Below, piece after piece: positions 32,842-41,672 of a stretch of 64,000 bases of DNA; position 1 is the first letter of the stretch, and the number at the start of each line of letters is the position of its first letter. The stretch spans positions 4,448 to 68,447 of the forward strand of contig JAIOJA010000049.1 in the NCBI GenBank assembly GCA_019912315.1, in the 5' to 3' direction. This DNA is from Planctomycetota bacterium. GTDB lineage: Bacteria > Planctomycetota > UBA8742 > UBA2392. The notes below the pieces were generated by a model. It did no database searches, was not told the origin of the DNA, and saw only the letters and a program-made list of their open reading frames with translations. A program made the position numbers and the translations under genes.

Positions 32842-33278
32842 GTTGTGGTCCAGGCAGTCGCTTGCCCGCGAGGGCGAGAGGAAAGTCCGGGCTCCATTGA
32901 GCAGGAGGGTTGCTAACGGCAACCGGGGGCGTCTGAAAGGCGCTCCCAGGGAAAGTGGCACAGAAAACGTACCGCCCGGCTTGCGTGACTGACGTACAGG
33001 AGAGCCCGAAAGCTCCGTGCACCGGTTGCGGCCCGAAAGGGTTCGGGTAAGGGTGAAAAGGTGCGGTAAGAGCGCACCGCGCGCCTGGCGACAGGCGTGG
33101 CAGGCCAAACCCCCTCCGGAGCAAGGCCAAATAGGGACTGAGGAACGAAAGTTCCACGAGGTGGCTCGCCTCGTTTGAAGGTCCGGGTAGGCCGCTGGAA
33201 TGCTGTGGCAACGCGGCATCTAGACGAATGACAGCCACCCCGCAAGGGGAACAAAACCCGGCTTATCGGATCACAAAG
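32842..33278 (+). ncRNA. rnpB: RNase P RNA, bacterial type A
   Basis: GAGGAAAGTCCGGGCTCC lies at 32878-32895. GGTAAGGGTGAAAAGGTGCGGTAAGAGCGCACC, AGCAAGGCCAAATAGGG and ACAAAACCCGGCTTATCGG closely match conserved blocks of E. coli M1 RNA as I remember it. P1 is formed by TTGTGGTCC (32843-32851) pairing with GGATCACAA (33268-33276). Confidence 0.9.
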
Positions 33279-33280
33279 AC

Positions 33281-33300
33281 GGGGGGCACGGGCGCCCCCC
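33281..33300. terminator. GC-rich hairpin between rnpB and the convergent gene (possible bidirectional terminator)
   Basis: GGGGGGC pairs with GCCCCCC (7 bp) around a 6-nt loop. T-containing runs lie on both sides. Confidence 0.5.
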
Positions 33301-33304
33301 GCCA

Positions 33305-33766
33305 CTATTTGGTTTGCTCGATTTGATCGCCGTAGACTTCTCTATTGAATTCGGTCAGTCCCAGGTCTCCGGCAAAGCAGATCAGGTCGCCAGGTGTCTT
33401 CTGTCTGCGGAGGCGGCGTTTGACTTGTCCATGAGTCATCCACTGGCACCATAAGTCGTCTGGATCGTTGTCGATGATGGCGCAGAGAATCTTGGTCATT
33501 TCCTTTACCGTGATCGGCGCAGCTTCCGTGAAACTGAATTCGATGGGCCGGATCAGGTTGAACATGCGGGCGAACAATCCGAATGCGCGATCGTCCACTG
33601 TCCAGATCTCTTCCCAGTGCTTTCCGTTGGCATCATAAACAAACGACCGGTGTTTCCGAACGTGCTTCACTGCAAGCCAAGTCGCTCTGGAGCTGTGTGG
33701 CGTGACGCAGACGCAGAACTGCCGCTTCGGGCTGTAAGAGATGTAAGGAAGCGTAGGCGAGTTCAT
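33305..33766 (-). CDS. Hypothetical protein (153 aa), lower-GC gene
   Basis: The ATG at 33766 overlaps the stop of 33763..34167 (ATGA coupling). No motif was recognised. Two hand-counted lines give about 48-50 % G+C. Confidence 0.55.
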   Translation of the reverse strand: MNSPTLPYISYSPKRQFCVCVTPHSSRATWLAVKHVRKHRSFVYDANGKHWEEIWTVDDRAFGLFARMFNLIRPIEFSFTEAAPITVKEMTKILCAIIDNDPDDLWCQWMTHGQVKRRLRRQKTPGDLICFAGDLGLTEFNREVYGDQIEQTK

Positions 33767-34167
33767 CGAAGTTCCTTCCGAATCACCAATCGCAAGCCGG
33801 ACCAGGTTTCGTCGACGGCGCAAACCTTGTTGTCCACCAGACCCGTCGGCAATGCGACCTCGCGGACAACGTCTTCTGTCATGTCGGTAGGAACCTTGCT
33901 CGCCTTCTTCGGCCAGCAGATCCAGAGCCCACAGGCGGGGGCCATGATTTTGCGCAGCTTCGCCAGGTCCTTCTCAAATGCCGCGCGAGACTTGGTGAAG
34001 TAGAGGATGACGTCGTAAGGCCCCTTGCCGCGTCGCGAGGTGATGCGAACCTCAGGCGGCAAATCCAGCAAGTCCGAAAAGCCGACCGGCGCACCCAGAA
34101 TCAAAACAGAAAACCCCGCCTTGATTCCAAGCTTAGTCACCAAAGGAGTGCCTGAGTAACCGGCCAT
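33763..34167 (-). CDS. DUF3052-like protein
   Basis: The N-terminus MAGYSGTPLVTKLGIKAGFSVLILGAP, together with ...YDVILYF... and ...GLWICWPKK..., matches my memory of the DUF3052 family. Confidence 0.6.
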   Translation of the reverse strand: MAGYSGTPLVTKLGIKAGFSVLILGAPVGFSDLLDLPPEVRITSRRGKGPYDVILYFTKSRAAFEKDLAKLRKIMAPACGLWICWPKKASKVPTDMTEDVVREVALPTGLVDNKVCAVDETWSGLRLVIRKELR

Positions 34168-34223
34168 GAGAAGGCTCCCAAGTTTCGCACCAGGACCTTG
34201 TGGTCGGGCGAATGCGAGACTCG

Positions 34224-35750
34224 CTAGGGTCTGAGTGTGTTCAAATCCTCGGTGATCCGGTCCAGGTCCTTCTGAAGCGCTTCGGCCATCTTCTTGTGAC
34301 GCTCTTTCAGTTTTCCCGCGTCGCGCTCGATGTTGCCGGTCCAGGTGTTCAGCTCGTCAAAGTACTGAAGCTGACGGTCGATATCGTTCAGCGCCTTATC
34401 AAGTGTCGTCCAGTCGACCTCGGAAGCTGCATCCGCACCGGACGTCTCGCGTACGACCAAAGCACGCGCCAGTGTCACTGCCGCGTCCAGGTTGACGTTG
34501 CTGGCCTCGTCCTCAGCGTCCCAGACCACGACAATGTCAGTCCCTTGACGGGTCAAGGAGCGTTCAAACTCGCCCTGCATTTTCGGGTTGTCGCGAAGAC
34601 TGGAGGCCGCCAGGACAAACACACCTACTGCTGCGCCGCGGTTTCTCTTGGCATCAGCAAGCTCCAATAGCGCCTTTGCCAGTGTGTAGTTTTCCGCGCG
34701 CTTGCACTCGTAGACAATTTTTCCGCCCGGGGCGGCCGACTCGGCACCCAGCGTCTGTACGTGGTCGCCGACTTTGCTGCGCGCGACCAACCCTGTGGTT
34801 TCGCCCACTGATTCAAACAACTCATCCCCATGGACGCGCTCGCGCAGCGCTGCGCCTGCCAGGTCTTCAAAGTCAAAGCCGCCACTTGGGCTGACGGCGC
34901 GCTCCTTCTTTGCGCCGCGTAACTCTGCGAGCACTGTCGCTACCTCGGTCTGGAACTTGGTCTGTTTATCGACCAGCTCATCGATCTGTTTTTTCAACTT
35001 GCCGTGCAGGTTGCTCAACGCACTGCCATCAGCGTCGAGTGAGAGATCCTTTCGAATCTGGTCCTGTGTCTCGCCAAGTGCTTTCTTCAGGACGCCCAGG
35101 GCGGTCTTGGGGTCGTCCGGGTTGAAGTTGGTTTCGATCTGGTTGATCAGGCGTTTTAGCGCGCCTTCGTCATTGTTCAGGTCGAACTCGCCCAGCACTT
35201 TCTTGCTTTGTTCTTCCAGGCGATCTTGCGCGATACGAGTGATCGTCTCGACGAGACCTTCCTTGTTGTGAGGGTCCAGGTGCTTCATCAGAGGGCTGTT
35301 CGCGCCAACGGTCGCCGCCAGCTCACGGGCCAGCAGACTGTTGTCGCCGACGAGGTGGGACTTCAGAAGACGGGATAACTCGCCGTCTTCGCTTACAAGC
35401 TTGCCGACGCGGTCGTTGAAATGGCCGCTTTCCGGGTCGAAGTACTTTTCGAGCTCGCTGGTGAGGTCCTGGTCCAGCTTGGAAGTATGCTTCTGCAGCC
35501 GGTTCTCAAGCTCCTTGAGTATCAGCGCGCCTTCCTGTTTCAGCTTCTCGGCATCGACCATTCCGCCGGCCTGGCGCAGGGCGATCACGCCCACTCGCAG
35601 GGCTGTCTGCGCGTACCGCTCACGCTCAGTGCCTTCGCGCTGGTTCAGTTCTGCCAGAACTTCCGGGTCGGACACATGTAGCTGCAACAGCAGGCCGGGC
35701 TCCGCGACGGTGCGCCGAAACGCGGCTGTGTTGGTAGGGATGTCGTCCAT
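34224..35750 (-). CDS. Coiled-coil protein with a C-terminal PD-(D/E)xK-type nuclease-like core (DUF2130/RmuC-like architecture)
   Basis: The ATG at 35750 gives MDDIPTNT. About 330 aa of charged helical sequence is followed by GDHVQTLGAESAAPGGKIVYECKRAENYTLAKALLELADAKRNRGAAVGVFVL, a D...E-x-K arrangement. A short coiled coil lies at the C-terminus. Confidence 0.6.
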   Translation of the reverse strand: MDDIPTNTAAFRRTVAEPGLLLQLHVSDPEVLAELNQREGTERERYAQTALRVGVIALRQAGGMVDAEKLKQEGALILKELENRLQKHTSKLDQDLTSELEKYFDPESGHFNDRVGKLVSEDGELSRLLKSHLVGDNSLLARELAATVGANSPLMKHLDPHNKEGLVETITRIAQDRLEEQSKKVLGEFDLNNDEGALKRLINQIETNFNPDDPKTALGVLKKALGETQDQIRKDLSLDADGSALSNLHGKLKKQIDELVDKQTKFQTEVATVLAELRGAKKERAVSPSGGFDFEDLAGAALRERVHGDELFESVGETTGLVARSKVGDHVQTLGAESAAPGGKIVYECKRAENYTLAKALLELADAKRNRGAAVGVFVLAASSLRDNPKMQGEFERSLTRQGTDIVVVWDAEDEASNVNLDAAVTLARALVVRETSGADAASEVDWTTLDKALNDIDRQLQYFDELNTWTGNIERDAGKLKERHKKMAEALQKDLDRITEDLNTLRP

Positions 35751-36165
35751 GCAGTTTCCTTTGAGCGGGTTCCCGATCTGCGAAGGCGATTGTTTGTGGT
35801 CGCCGTGGCGCATGGTCGGGAAGCTACAATGGGGCGAGTATACTTGCCTGCGCGACATTCTCTGCCCTGCTGTGGTGAACCAGTCGGCCCGTTTGGATTG
35901 GTCTGCTGTTTGTTCTTGGTTCCGTCGTTTACTTGGCCTTCAGTGGCGCGCATTGGGTGGAAAGGGGCAACGCAATCAATGTCGAAGTCGTTGACGTGAT
36001 ACGCTTCTTCGTTGGAGTCGCGCGGGACAAGCTGACTGACAAGTGAAGTCGGACGCGGGGGTGCTGCTGGTTGAGTTCACGAAAACCGACGAAAGCAAAC
36101 CGTTCTATGTCGCGCGAATCCAAATCGACGTTGCCGAAGCGCTGCGCGGGAAGTAGACCGGACAC

Positions 36166-36810
36166 ATGGCCAGAAAACGCCTCAGCAAAGATGACCGCCG
36201 CGTGCAGCTTTTGGACGCGGCCGCGAAGCTGTTCGGTAAATCCAGCTACGGGCAGGTAACGACGGCCGAACTGGCGAAATCCGCCGGGGTCACCGAGCCT
36301 GTCATCTACCAGCACTTTAAGACCAAGTTGGACCTGTATGTAGCGGTGCTGCGCCGCGCGCGGGAAGTGACGATCGAGCACTACGACCTGCTGGCCGGCA
36401 AGCTGCCGACACCGTTATTGAAGGCGATCGCGGTCGTGCGCGCCCACGGGCAGATCATGCGCGAGAACGAGCCGTATTTCAGGCTGCACCTGCGCGCGCT
36501 GGCGAACTCCGACCTGCCGCGTGTGAAACAGGTGTTGAAGGACAACTATCTCGCCTACAACCAGTACTTTTCTGACCTGATCAAGCAGGCCCAGGAACAG
36601 GGTGAAGTCCACAAGGCCGTAGACGCCGAGCAGACGGCCTGGTTCATCATGAGCCAGGGAATGCTGATGAACCTGTGCAACCAACTGGGCATGAACGAGC
36701 TGCAGGAAGCGGGCTACGTCGATAACCTGCTTGAGGATGCGCTGGGGCACATCTCATTGATCGAAGACCCGCTGCGTCTGATCAAGGAAATGCTGGCGGG
36801 CAAGTCGTAA
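36166..36810 (+). CDS. TetR/AcrR-family transcriptional regulator
   Basis: RRVQLLDAAAKLFGKSSYGQVTTAELAKSAGVTEPVIYQHFKTKLDLY is the TetR_N HTH signature. Confidence 0.85.
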   Translation: MARKRLSKDDRRVQLLDAAAKLFGKSSYGQVTTAELAKSAGVTEPVIYQHFKTKLDLYVAVLRRAREVTIEHYDLLAGKLPTPLLKAIAVVRAHGQIMRENEPYFRLHLRALANSDLPRVKQVLKDNYLAYNQYFSDLIKQAQEQGEVHKAVDAEQTAWFIMSQGMLMNLCNQLGMNELQEAGYVDNLLEDALGHISLIEDPLRLIKEMLAGKS

Positions 36811-38643
36811 ACCCGCCCCGCAGAACAACGCTGTGACTGCGAGTATCAGCCACAAGCTGAAAACTGGCGTCGTTGAAAGGCTGACGACACAGCCGCCGCC
36901 ACTACCACCGCCGCCACTACCACCGCCGCCACCGCCACCCGAGCCGCCACCGCCACCGGTTGATGACACGGTCAGGCTGGTGAACACCCCTGTCGCAAGA
37001 TTGTGAAAGCTGCCACTGGGTGTGCTGTGCAGCATGGTTGCGCGTACCAAGTACCAGACCTGCCCGGCAGGCGCGCTGGTGTCGTCGAAGCTGGTCGTAG
37101 TGACCGGTGCGGTTGTCAGTCTGGTGTAGGGGCCGCCTAGCGCCGCCGCGCGGTATACATGGTAACCGTCAACGGCGTCGGCGCTCGCGGTCCAGGCCAC
37201 GGTGACCGCACCGCCGGCCTGGCTCGCTCCCGGTGCTGACGCCGGCGCCACGTAATGCAGGCGAAGGGTCGGGTCGCCCATCAAGCCGACATGTACGCCG
37301 TTGTTGGCAAAGCCACTGAGCGGCGGGTCGTTAATCGATTCCATGAAGCTCATGCCAATGGGCTCGCCGATTGCCATGCTGTGGAAGTACCACCACGGAC
37401 GCCCGGACCACGCACACGTCAACCCGCGGCCGCTGGCCAATGGCGCGCGCATGAAAGCGTTGGAGTAGTTCCAGTCCCCATGATAGCTGCCAAAGAGGGC
37501 CGTGAAGGCGACCCGTACGGCGTTGTTTGCAAAATCGGTTGTGCTGCCTACGCCCGCGGCGCTGGTGTAGCTACCCGCACCGCAACCGTATGCCCACAGG
37601 TAGTCGCCGGCGGTCAGCGTGCTGAAGAACGTCCCGCTGCCAATCGTGTTGACGTTCGCCGCCCCCACCATTGGCGCGAAACTGCGATAGCCGCTGGCAG
37701 CAAACCCCTCCCCACCGAACACACCGAAGTTGTCGCGCACGACGGCCTGATCACTCGGGCGCCATTGGGCAGTGCGAAACTCGTGGTCCTTGTCGAGATA
37801 GGCCTCCAGCAACTGTTCTTCCGTCTGGGTAAAGGCCGGCATCTCCGCGAGGTCAACCCGTCCGACCATCAACTCGAGTGTGCTCGGTATGACGTCCTGA
37901 TCCAGCTTGCCGTCGCCGGGGATATTGTGGTTGCGCGCGTTCCCCGAGCTGGTGTTGTTGACCGTACTGTCGGTCCAGTTGCCGTTCATCTCGCCGTAGT
38001 AGCAGTCCGCGGGCCAGGCGCCGACGTGATTGGAGTGACCATCCGGGTTGATCTCCCCGGAATGGGGCACCGGCACGTGTCCGAACAGAAAGACGGCCTT
38101 GGTGTTCACCATGTCCGTCTGCCAGATCGCCCTGATCTGGTTGCGCACACTCGTCACTGTCGCTGTGCGGGACACGTCCAGACGCATGACCTGCCAGCCA
38201 TCGCCTGTCATGTCATCTTCAAGGCGCGCCAGCTTGGTCGCCAGAGAAGTCGTGAAGCTGTCATCAACCACGAGGATCACCTTGCCGCGCAGATGAACCG
38301 CCGGGGCCTCGATGGCCGCACAGCAGAACCCCCATCCCTCCCACGCGCCAGCGGATCGATACACGGCATACTCGTAGATCGTGCCGACGCTGACAGCGCT
38401 GTCGGTCCAGGTCAGCGTCGTGGACGGCAGAGTCGCAATGGCACTGCTCCAGGTCGTGCCGCCCCAGTTCCGCTTGAACACCTGATACTGGGTCGTGCCC
38501 GCAACGGAGGTCCAGTTCAGCGTAATCCGCGCGGGCGATGCCTGCGTCGTAACGCTGAGATCAACGCTCATGTCCCGCGTGCTTGACTGCGCGCAAAGGG
38601 ATGCGGCAAGCAGCATCGTCGCGAGGACGAACAACGTGCGCAT
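36754..38643 (-). CDS. Secreted protein with FN3-like modules and a possible clan-CD (C25/gingipain-like) fold; Gly-rich linker + Cys + TM C-terminal tail; function uncertain
   Basis: The signal peptide is MRTLFVLATMLLAASLCAQS. VFLFGHVPVPHSGEINPDGHSNHVGAWPADCYYGE and WAYGCGAGSY could supply a His/Cys dyad. The tail is GGGGGSGGGGGGGSGGGGSGGGCVVSLSTTPVFSLWLILAVTALFCGAGLRLAR. The 3' end overlaps the tetR-like gene by 57 nt. Confidence 0.7.
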   Translation of the reverse strand: MRTLFVLATMLLAASLCAQSSTRDMSVDLSVTTQASPARITLNWTSVAGTTQYQVFKRNWGGTTWSSAIATLPSTTLTWTDSAVSVGTIYEYAVYRSAGAWEGWGFCCAAIEAPAVHLRGKVILVVDDSFTTSLATKLARLEDDMTGDGWQVMRLDVSRTATVTSVRNQIRAIWQTDMVNTKAVFLFGHVPVPHSGEINPDGHSNHVGAWPADCYYGEMNGNWTDSTVNNTSSGNARNHNIPGDGKLDQDVIPSTLELMVGRVDLAEMPAFTQTEEQLLEAYLDKDHEFRTAQWRPSDQAVVRDNFGVFGGEGFAASGYRSFAPMVGAANVNTIGSGTFFSTLTAGDYLWAYGCGAGSYTSAAGVGSTTDFANNAVRVAFTALFGSYHGDWNYSNAFMRAPLASGRGLTCAWSGRPWWYFHSMAIGEPIGMSFMESINDPPLSGFANNGVHVGLMGDPTLRLHYVAPASAPGASQAGGAVTVAWTASADAVDGYHVYRAAALGGPYTRLTTAPVTTTSFDDTSAPAGQVWYLVRATMLHSTPSGSFHNLATGVFTSLTVSSTGGGGGSGGGGGGGSGGGGSGGGCVVSLSTTPVFSLWLILAVTALFCGAGLRLARQHFLDQTQRVFDQ

Positions 38644-38772
38644 GGCAGACTCCGGTTGTGCCAGGGAGGCCCGAACAGGCTAACGGCGGCAGCTACCACT
38701 ACAAAGAGTAATCCGCATTTCGGTATGCGGATTCGGGTATCGGGCGGCAACAATGTCAAAACCGGGTTCTCG

Positions 38773-39309
38773 TCAAACCCGCGCACCAAGCTGAAGCAGG
38801 TGACGCTCGCGTACTTTGTCAAAGAACGCGTCGTAGCGACCGGCCGCGAAATCCGGAAATGTGTAGTCGCGCTTGATCCACTCGCCGTTGCGGAAGCTCA
38901 TGGTCACTTCGGCCGAGATCCCCTGGCCTATGTACACCCGGTGGGCAAGCCCCTTCACGCTGGCAAGCACAAGCTTTGCGCCATTGATGTAGCCCGGGTC
39001 CAGGTTGATCGGACGGTACTCGCCGTAGCGCTCCGCCGCCTGCTCCTCAAGCTGGTTCGACTGAACCTTCCATTCGGCCAGCATGGTCGGGTCGGCCAGG
39101 CGGTCAAAGGCGAAAAATCGGCGCTTCAGGTCAGGCCCCATCTCGGCTTCGTAGTGGTCCGTCAGGTCAAACGGAAACTCGTCGCTGTGAAGGTTGACAT
39201 CACCCATCAGGTGCTCAATCCACATCAACGCGTCGTCCACCACGGACGCGTCGCGATAGATCACGCCGAGAATCGGTGTGACAGGCTGAACAGGAGCAAT
39301 ACGCCCCAT
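38773..39309 (-). CDS. DUF4416-like protein
   Basis: The ATG at 39309 gives MGRIAPV. The blocks FDLTDHYEAEMGPDLKRRFFAF, INLDPGYINGAKLVLASVKG and YTFPDFAAGRYDAFFDKVR match my memory of DUF4416. Confidence 0.6.
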   Translation of the reverse strand: MGRIAPVQPVTPILGVIYRDASVVDDALMWIEHLMGDVNLHSDEFPFDLTDHYEAEMGPDLKRRFFAFDRLADPTMLAEWKVQSNQLEEQAAERYGEYRPINLDPGYINGAKLVLASVKGLAHRVYIGQGISAEVTMSFRNGEWIKRDYTFPDFAAGRYDAFFDKVRERHLLQLGARV

Positions 39310-39445
39310 CGGCTTCCCGGACAAGAACGTGAGCAATCGCAATTGTAACGCCCCGGCCGTCATAATGGGACAGACACCTTCCAATTCGGGCACGTCCAAA
39401 AAAGTGACCACTTGACATGGGTCACCTATGTGCCCGGTTAGTACC

Positions 39446-39592
39446 TCACCGCTTGGCCAGCTTCCAGGGTGTGAACATCGGCTGCACGCGAATCACGGTG
39501 TTCTCGTCTGCGCGCACGCCTAAGAGCTTCTCGCGGCGGTATCGCGCCCTGACGCGCTCGGCGAAGAGCATTGCGCGTGCGCGTTTCGCCAT
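39446..39592 (-). CDS. Small basic ORF (48 aa), hypothetical
   Basis: MAKRARAMLFAERVRARYRREKLLGVRADENTVIRVQPMFTPWKLAKR. Third codon positions are strongly G/C. It lies upstream of and co-directional with the DUF4416-like gene. There is no clear SD. Confidence 0.3.
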   Translation of the reverse strand: MAKRARAMLFAERVRARYRREKLLGVRADENTVIRVQPMFTPWKLAKR

Positions 39593-39670
39593 CTCTTGAA
39601 GACAAACGTCCCCTTGATGCGTTTCTGTTCCTTCGCTTGTATTCTCAAGTGAGTCAGCAAAGGAGCGCCC

Positions 39671-40786
39671 GTGGGCTTTGAAGTCAAACGACGCAAGACA
39701 CGTACCTGCATGGTGGGAGACCGCCCCGTCGGCGGTGATCATCTGGTCGCCGTCCAGACCATGACCAAGACCAAGACCTGGGACGTGCCCGGGACCCTCA
39801 AACAGATCCATGGCGCGCAGGAAAAGGGCGTCGACATCGTGCGCGTGGCCTGCCCGGATGAAAAGTCGGCCCAGGCTTTGCCCGCTATTATCGAAGGCTC
39901 GCGCGTACCGATCATCGCCGACATTCACTTCGCGCCGGGGCTTGCCCTGAAGGCGCTGGAAGCCGGCGTTCATTGCGTGCGGATTAACCCGGGCAACATC
40001 AAGCTTGAGCTGGTGCAGAAGATCGTTGCCCTGGCCAAGGACAAAGGTGCCGCTATCCGCATCGGCGTGAACAGTGGCAGCATCATGCCGCGCAAGGGGC
40101 TCGAGGTTAAGCAGGACATGGAGCACGTGATGGCCGACCTGATGGTTGATACGGCCGTCGAATGGTGCGAGCAGTTCGACAAGTGGGGGTTTCACAACTT
40201 CAAGGTCAGCCTCAAGTCGAGCGACGTGTTGACGACCATCTACACCAACCGCGAGTTCGCCAAAAAGACCGACGTGCCGCTGCATCTGGGTGTAACCGAA
40301 GCTGGCATGTTGCAGGCCAGCACGGTGAAGTCGAGCATGGGTTTGGGCACGCTGCTGGGTGAGGGGATCGGCGACACCATCCGCGTAAGTATCACCGGCG
40401 ACCCGCTGGATGAAGTGGACGTGGGCTACGAGATTCTGAGCGGTCTGCGCCTGCGCAAGAAGAACGTCGAGATCGTGGCCTGCCCAAGCTGCGGGCGCGA
40501 CGAAGTGGACGGCGGCGTCGAAATTCTGGCCCGCGAAGTGCAGGAGCGTCTGCGCGAATACAAAGGCAACATCGTGGTCAGCGTGCTCGGCTGCATAGTC
40601 AACGGCCCAGGCGAAGCCGCCGAGGCCGATCTAGGAATCGCAGGCGCCAAAGATGCCGGCTACCTCTTTAAGGGCGAAACGATCCTGAGGCGCGTACCCA
40701 ACGACAAGCTCGTAGACGAGCTGATGATCGAGCTCCACAAAATGGAACGCGAACGCGCCAGCCAGGCCGAAACCGCAAACGCATAG
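39671..40786 (+). CDS. ispG: 4-hydroxy-3-methylbut-2-en-1-yl diphosphate synthase
   Basis: The GTG start is preceded by AAAGGAG. The blocks VQTMTKTKTWDV, DIVRVACPD, IIADIHF and RINPGNI, plus the Fe-S ligand block CPSCGR, are IspG/GcpE signatures. Confidence 0.9.
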   Translation: MGFEVKRRKTRTCMVGDRPVGGDHLVAVQTMTKTKTWDVPGTLKQIHGAQEKGVDIVRVACPDEKSAQALPAIIEGSRVPIIADIHFAPGLALKALEAGVHCVRINPGNIKLELVQKIVALAKDKGAAIRIGVNSGSIMPRKGLEVKQDMEHVMADLMVDTAVEWCEQFDKWGFHNFKVSLKSSDVLTTIYTNREFAKKTDVPLHLGVTEAGMLQASTVKSSMGLGTLLGEGIGDTIRVSITGDPLDEVDVGYEILSGLRLRKKNVEIVACPSCGRDEVDGGVEILAREVQERLREYKGNIVVSVLGCIVNGPGEAAEADLGIAGAKDAGYLFKGETILRRVPNDKLVDELMIELHKMERERASQAETANA

Positions 40787-40897
40787 TGGTGCTGCAAATT
40801 GTGCGAATGCTCAAACAAGTGAGAGCGCGTAGCGAGAAGTGTATTTTTTGAGCGGCCTTAATATTATTCTGCGCTGACAACCATCAAAGGGTCGAAA

Positions 40898-41638
40898 ATG
40901 CGCTACGTGATACTCGCGGCAATCTCTTTTCTGTTTTCAGGGTGTGCGACGCTTACCTCTAACGTCAGCAAGCACGACTTCGGCAAAATCTACGTAGGCC
41001 AGACGGCAACCTCACCAAACGTTACCTGGAAGAACGGGGGCAACGACAAGGTGGCCTTCATTGGCGTGGCGGGTGACTGGACCGCAGGTTCGCCGTTTTC
41101 GCTTCAACCTTCTCCTTACACAGCGAGAGACTTGAGCAAGAACGGGGTCAGCAACCCGGTTCAAGTTGTGTTTGCCCCACTGGCCGTCGGCACCTTCAAG
41201 GGCAAGATCGAACCACTCCAGAATGTTGGTTTTGGCAAGTCCGCGACCGCGAACGTCGTCAGTGTTCAGGGCGAGGCTGTCGCACAGCTTGCCAACGGCG
41301 CGCTCGGTGTAGGGGGCGCGGCGATAACCGTCGGGAAGCCGCTCGATTTCGGGCGTGTAAAAGTGAACATCGGTCCGGCGTCCTCCAAACGAGTCGACGT
41401 CGTGAATACCAGTAACCAGGCCATTCAGGTACAGGCGCGGTTCAAGTCTGGCGGGCAGGGCTTCGCGATAAACAGCCCCGGAGCAACCTTCACGATTCCG
41501 GCGGGGCGGAAGGTGACTGTCAAGTTGACGTTCCTCCCGACTAGCGGCGGAATCAAGTGGGACGTTATCGAGTTCGTTGACACCGCGAACGGCAAGAACG
41601 TGGCCGGCGTAGTACTTACAGGCGAGGGAACGGAGTAG
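40898..41638 (+). CDS. Lipoprotein with two choice-of-anchor-D/ASH-like beta-sandwich repeats
   Basis: MRYVILAAISFLFSGCATL is a lipobox signal. HDFGKIYVGQTATSPNVTWKNGG and LDFGRVKVNIGPASSKRVDVVNTS...VKLTFLPTSGG resemble the repeats in 7797..11207. Confidence 0.7.
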   Translation: MRYVILAAISFLFSGCATLTSNVSKHDFGKIYVGQTATSPNVTWKNGGNDKVAFIGVAGDWTAGSPFSLQPSPYTARDLSKNGVSNPVQVVFAPLAVGTFKGKIEPLQNVGFGKSATANVVSVQGEAVAQLANGALGVGGAAITVGKPLDFGRVKVNIGPASSKRVDVVNTSNQAIQVQARFKSGGQGFAINSPGATFTIPAGRKVTVKLTFLPTSGGIKWDVIEFVDTANGKNVAGVVLTGEGTE

Positions 41639-41672
41639 CGCACATTGCTCCATGTCGATGCCTTTGTCGAAA

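Noticed and set aside
32480-33305. Three overlapping minus-strand ORFs (252, 224 and 130 aa).
   Set aside because: They lie on top of the RNase P RNA gene, whose conserved blocks are unambiguous on the plus strand. The ORFs are artefacts of GC-rich structured RNA.
36754-36810. 57-nt convergent overlap between the TetR-family gene and the secreted C25-like gene.
   Set aside because: Both 3' ends look genuine: the TetR C-terminal helix on one strand and the TM/basic tail on the other. Convergent overlaps of this size occur in compact genomes, and no further significance can be argued from sequence alone.
36890-36965. Repetitive GCC/ACC-rich DNA (for example GCCGCCACTACCACCGCC twice) that looks like a tandem repeat.
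   Set aside because: It simply encodes the Gly/Ser stalk (GGGGGSGGGGGGGSGGGGSGGG) of 36754..38643. There are no spacer-repeat periodicity or CRISPR-like features.
39446-40285. 279-aa minus-strand ORF opposite ispG.
   Set aside because: Most of it is antisense to ispG, which has clear signatures. Only its last 48 codons (39446..39592), which lie in the intergenic region, were kept as a low-confidence small ORF.
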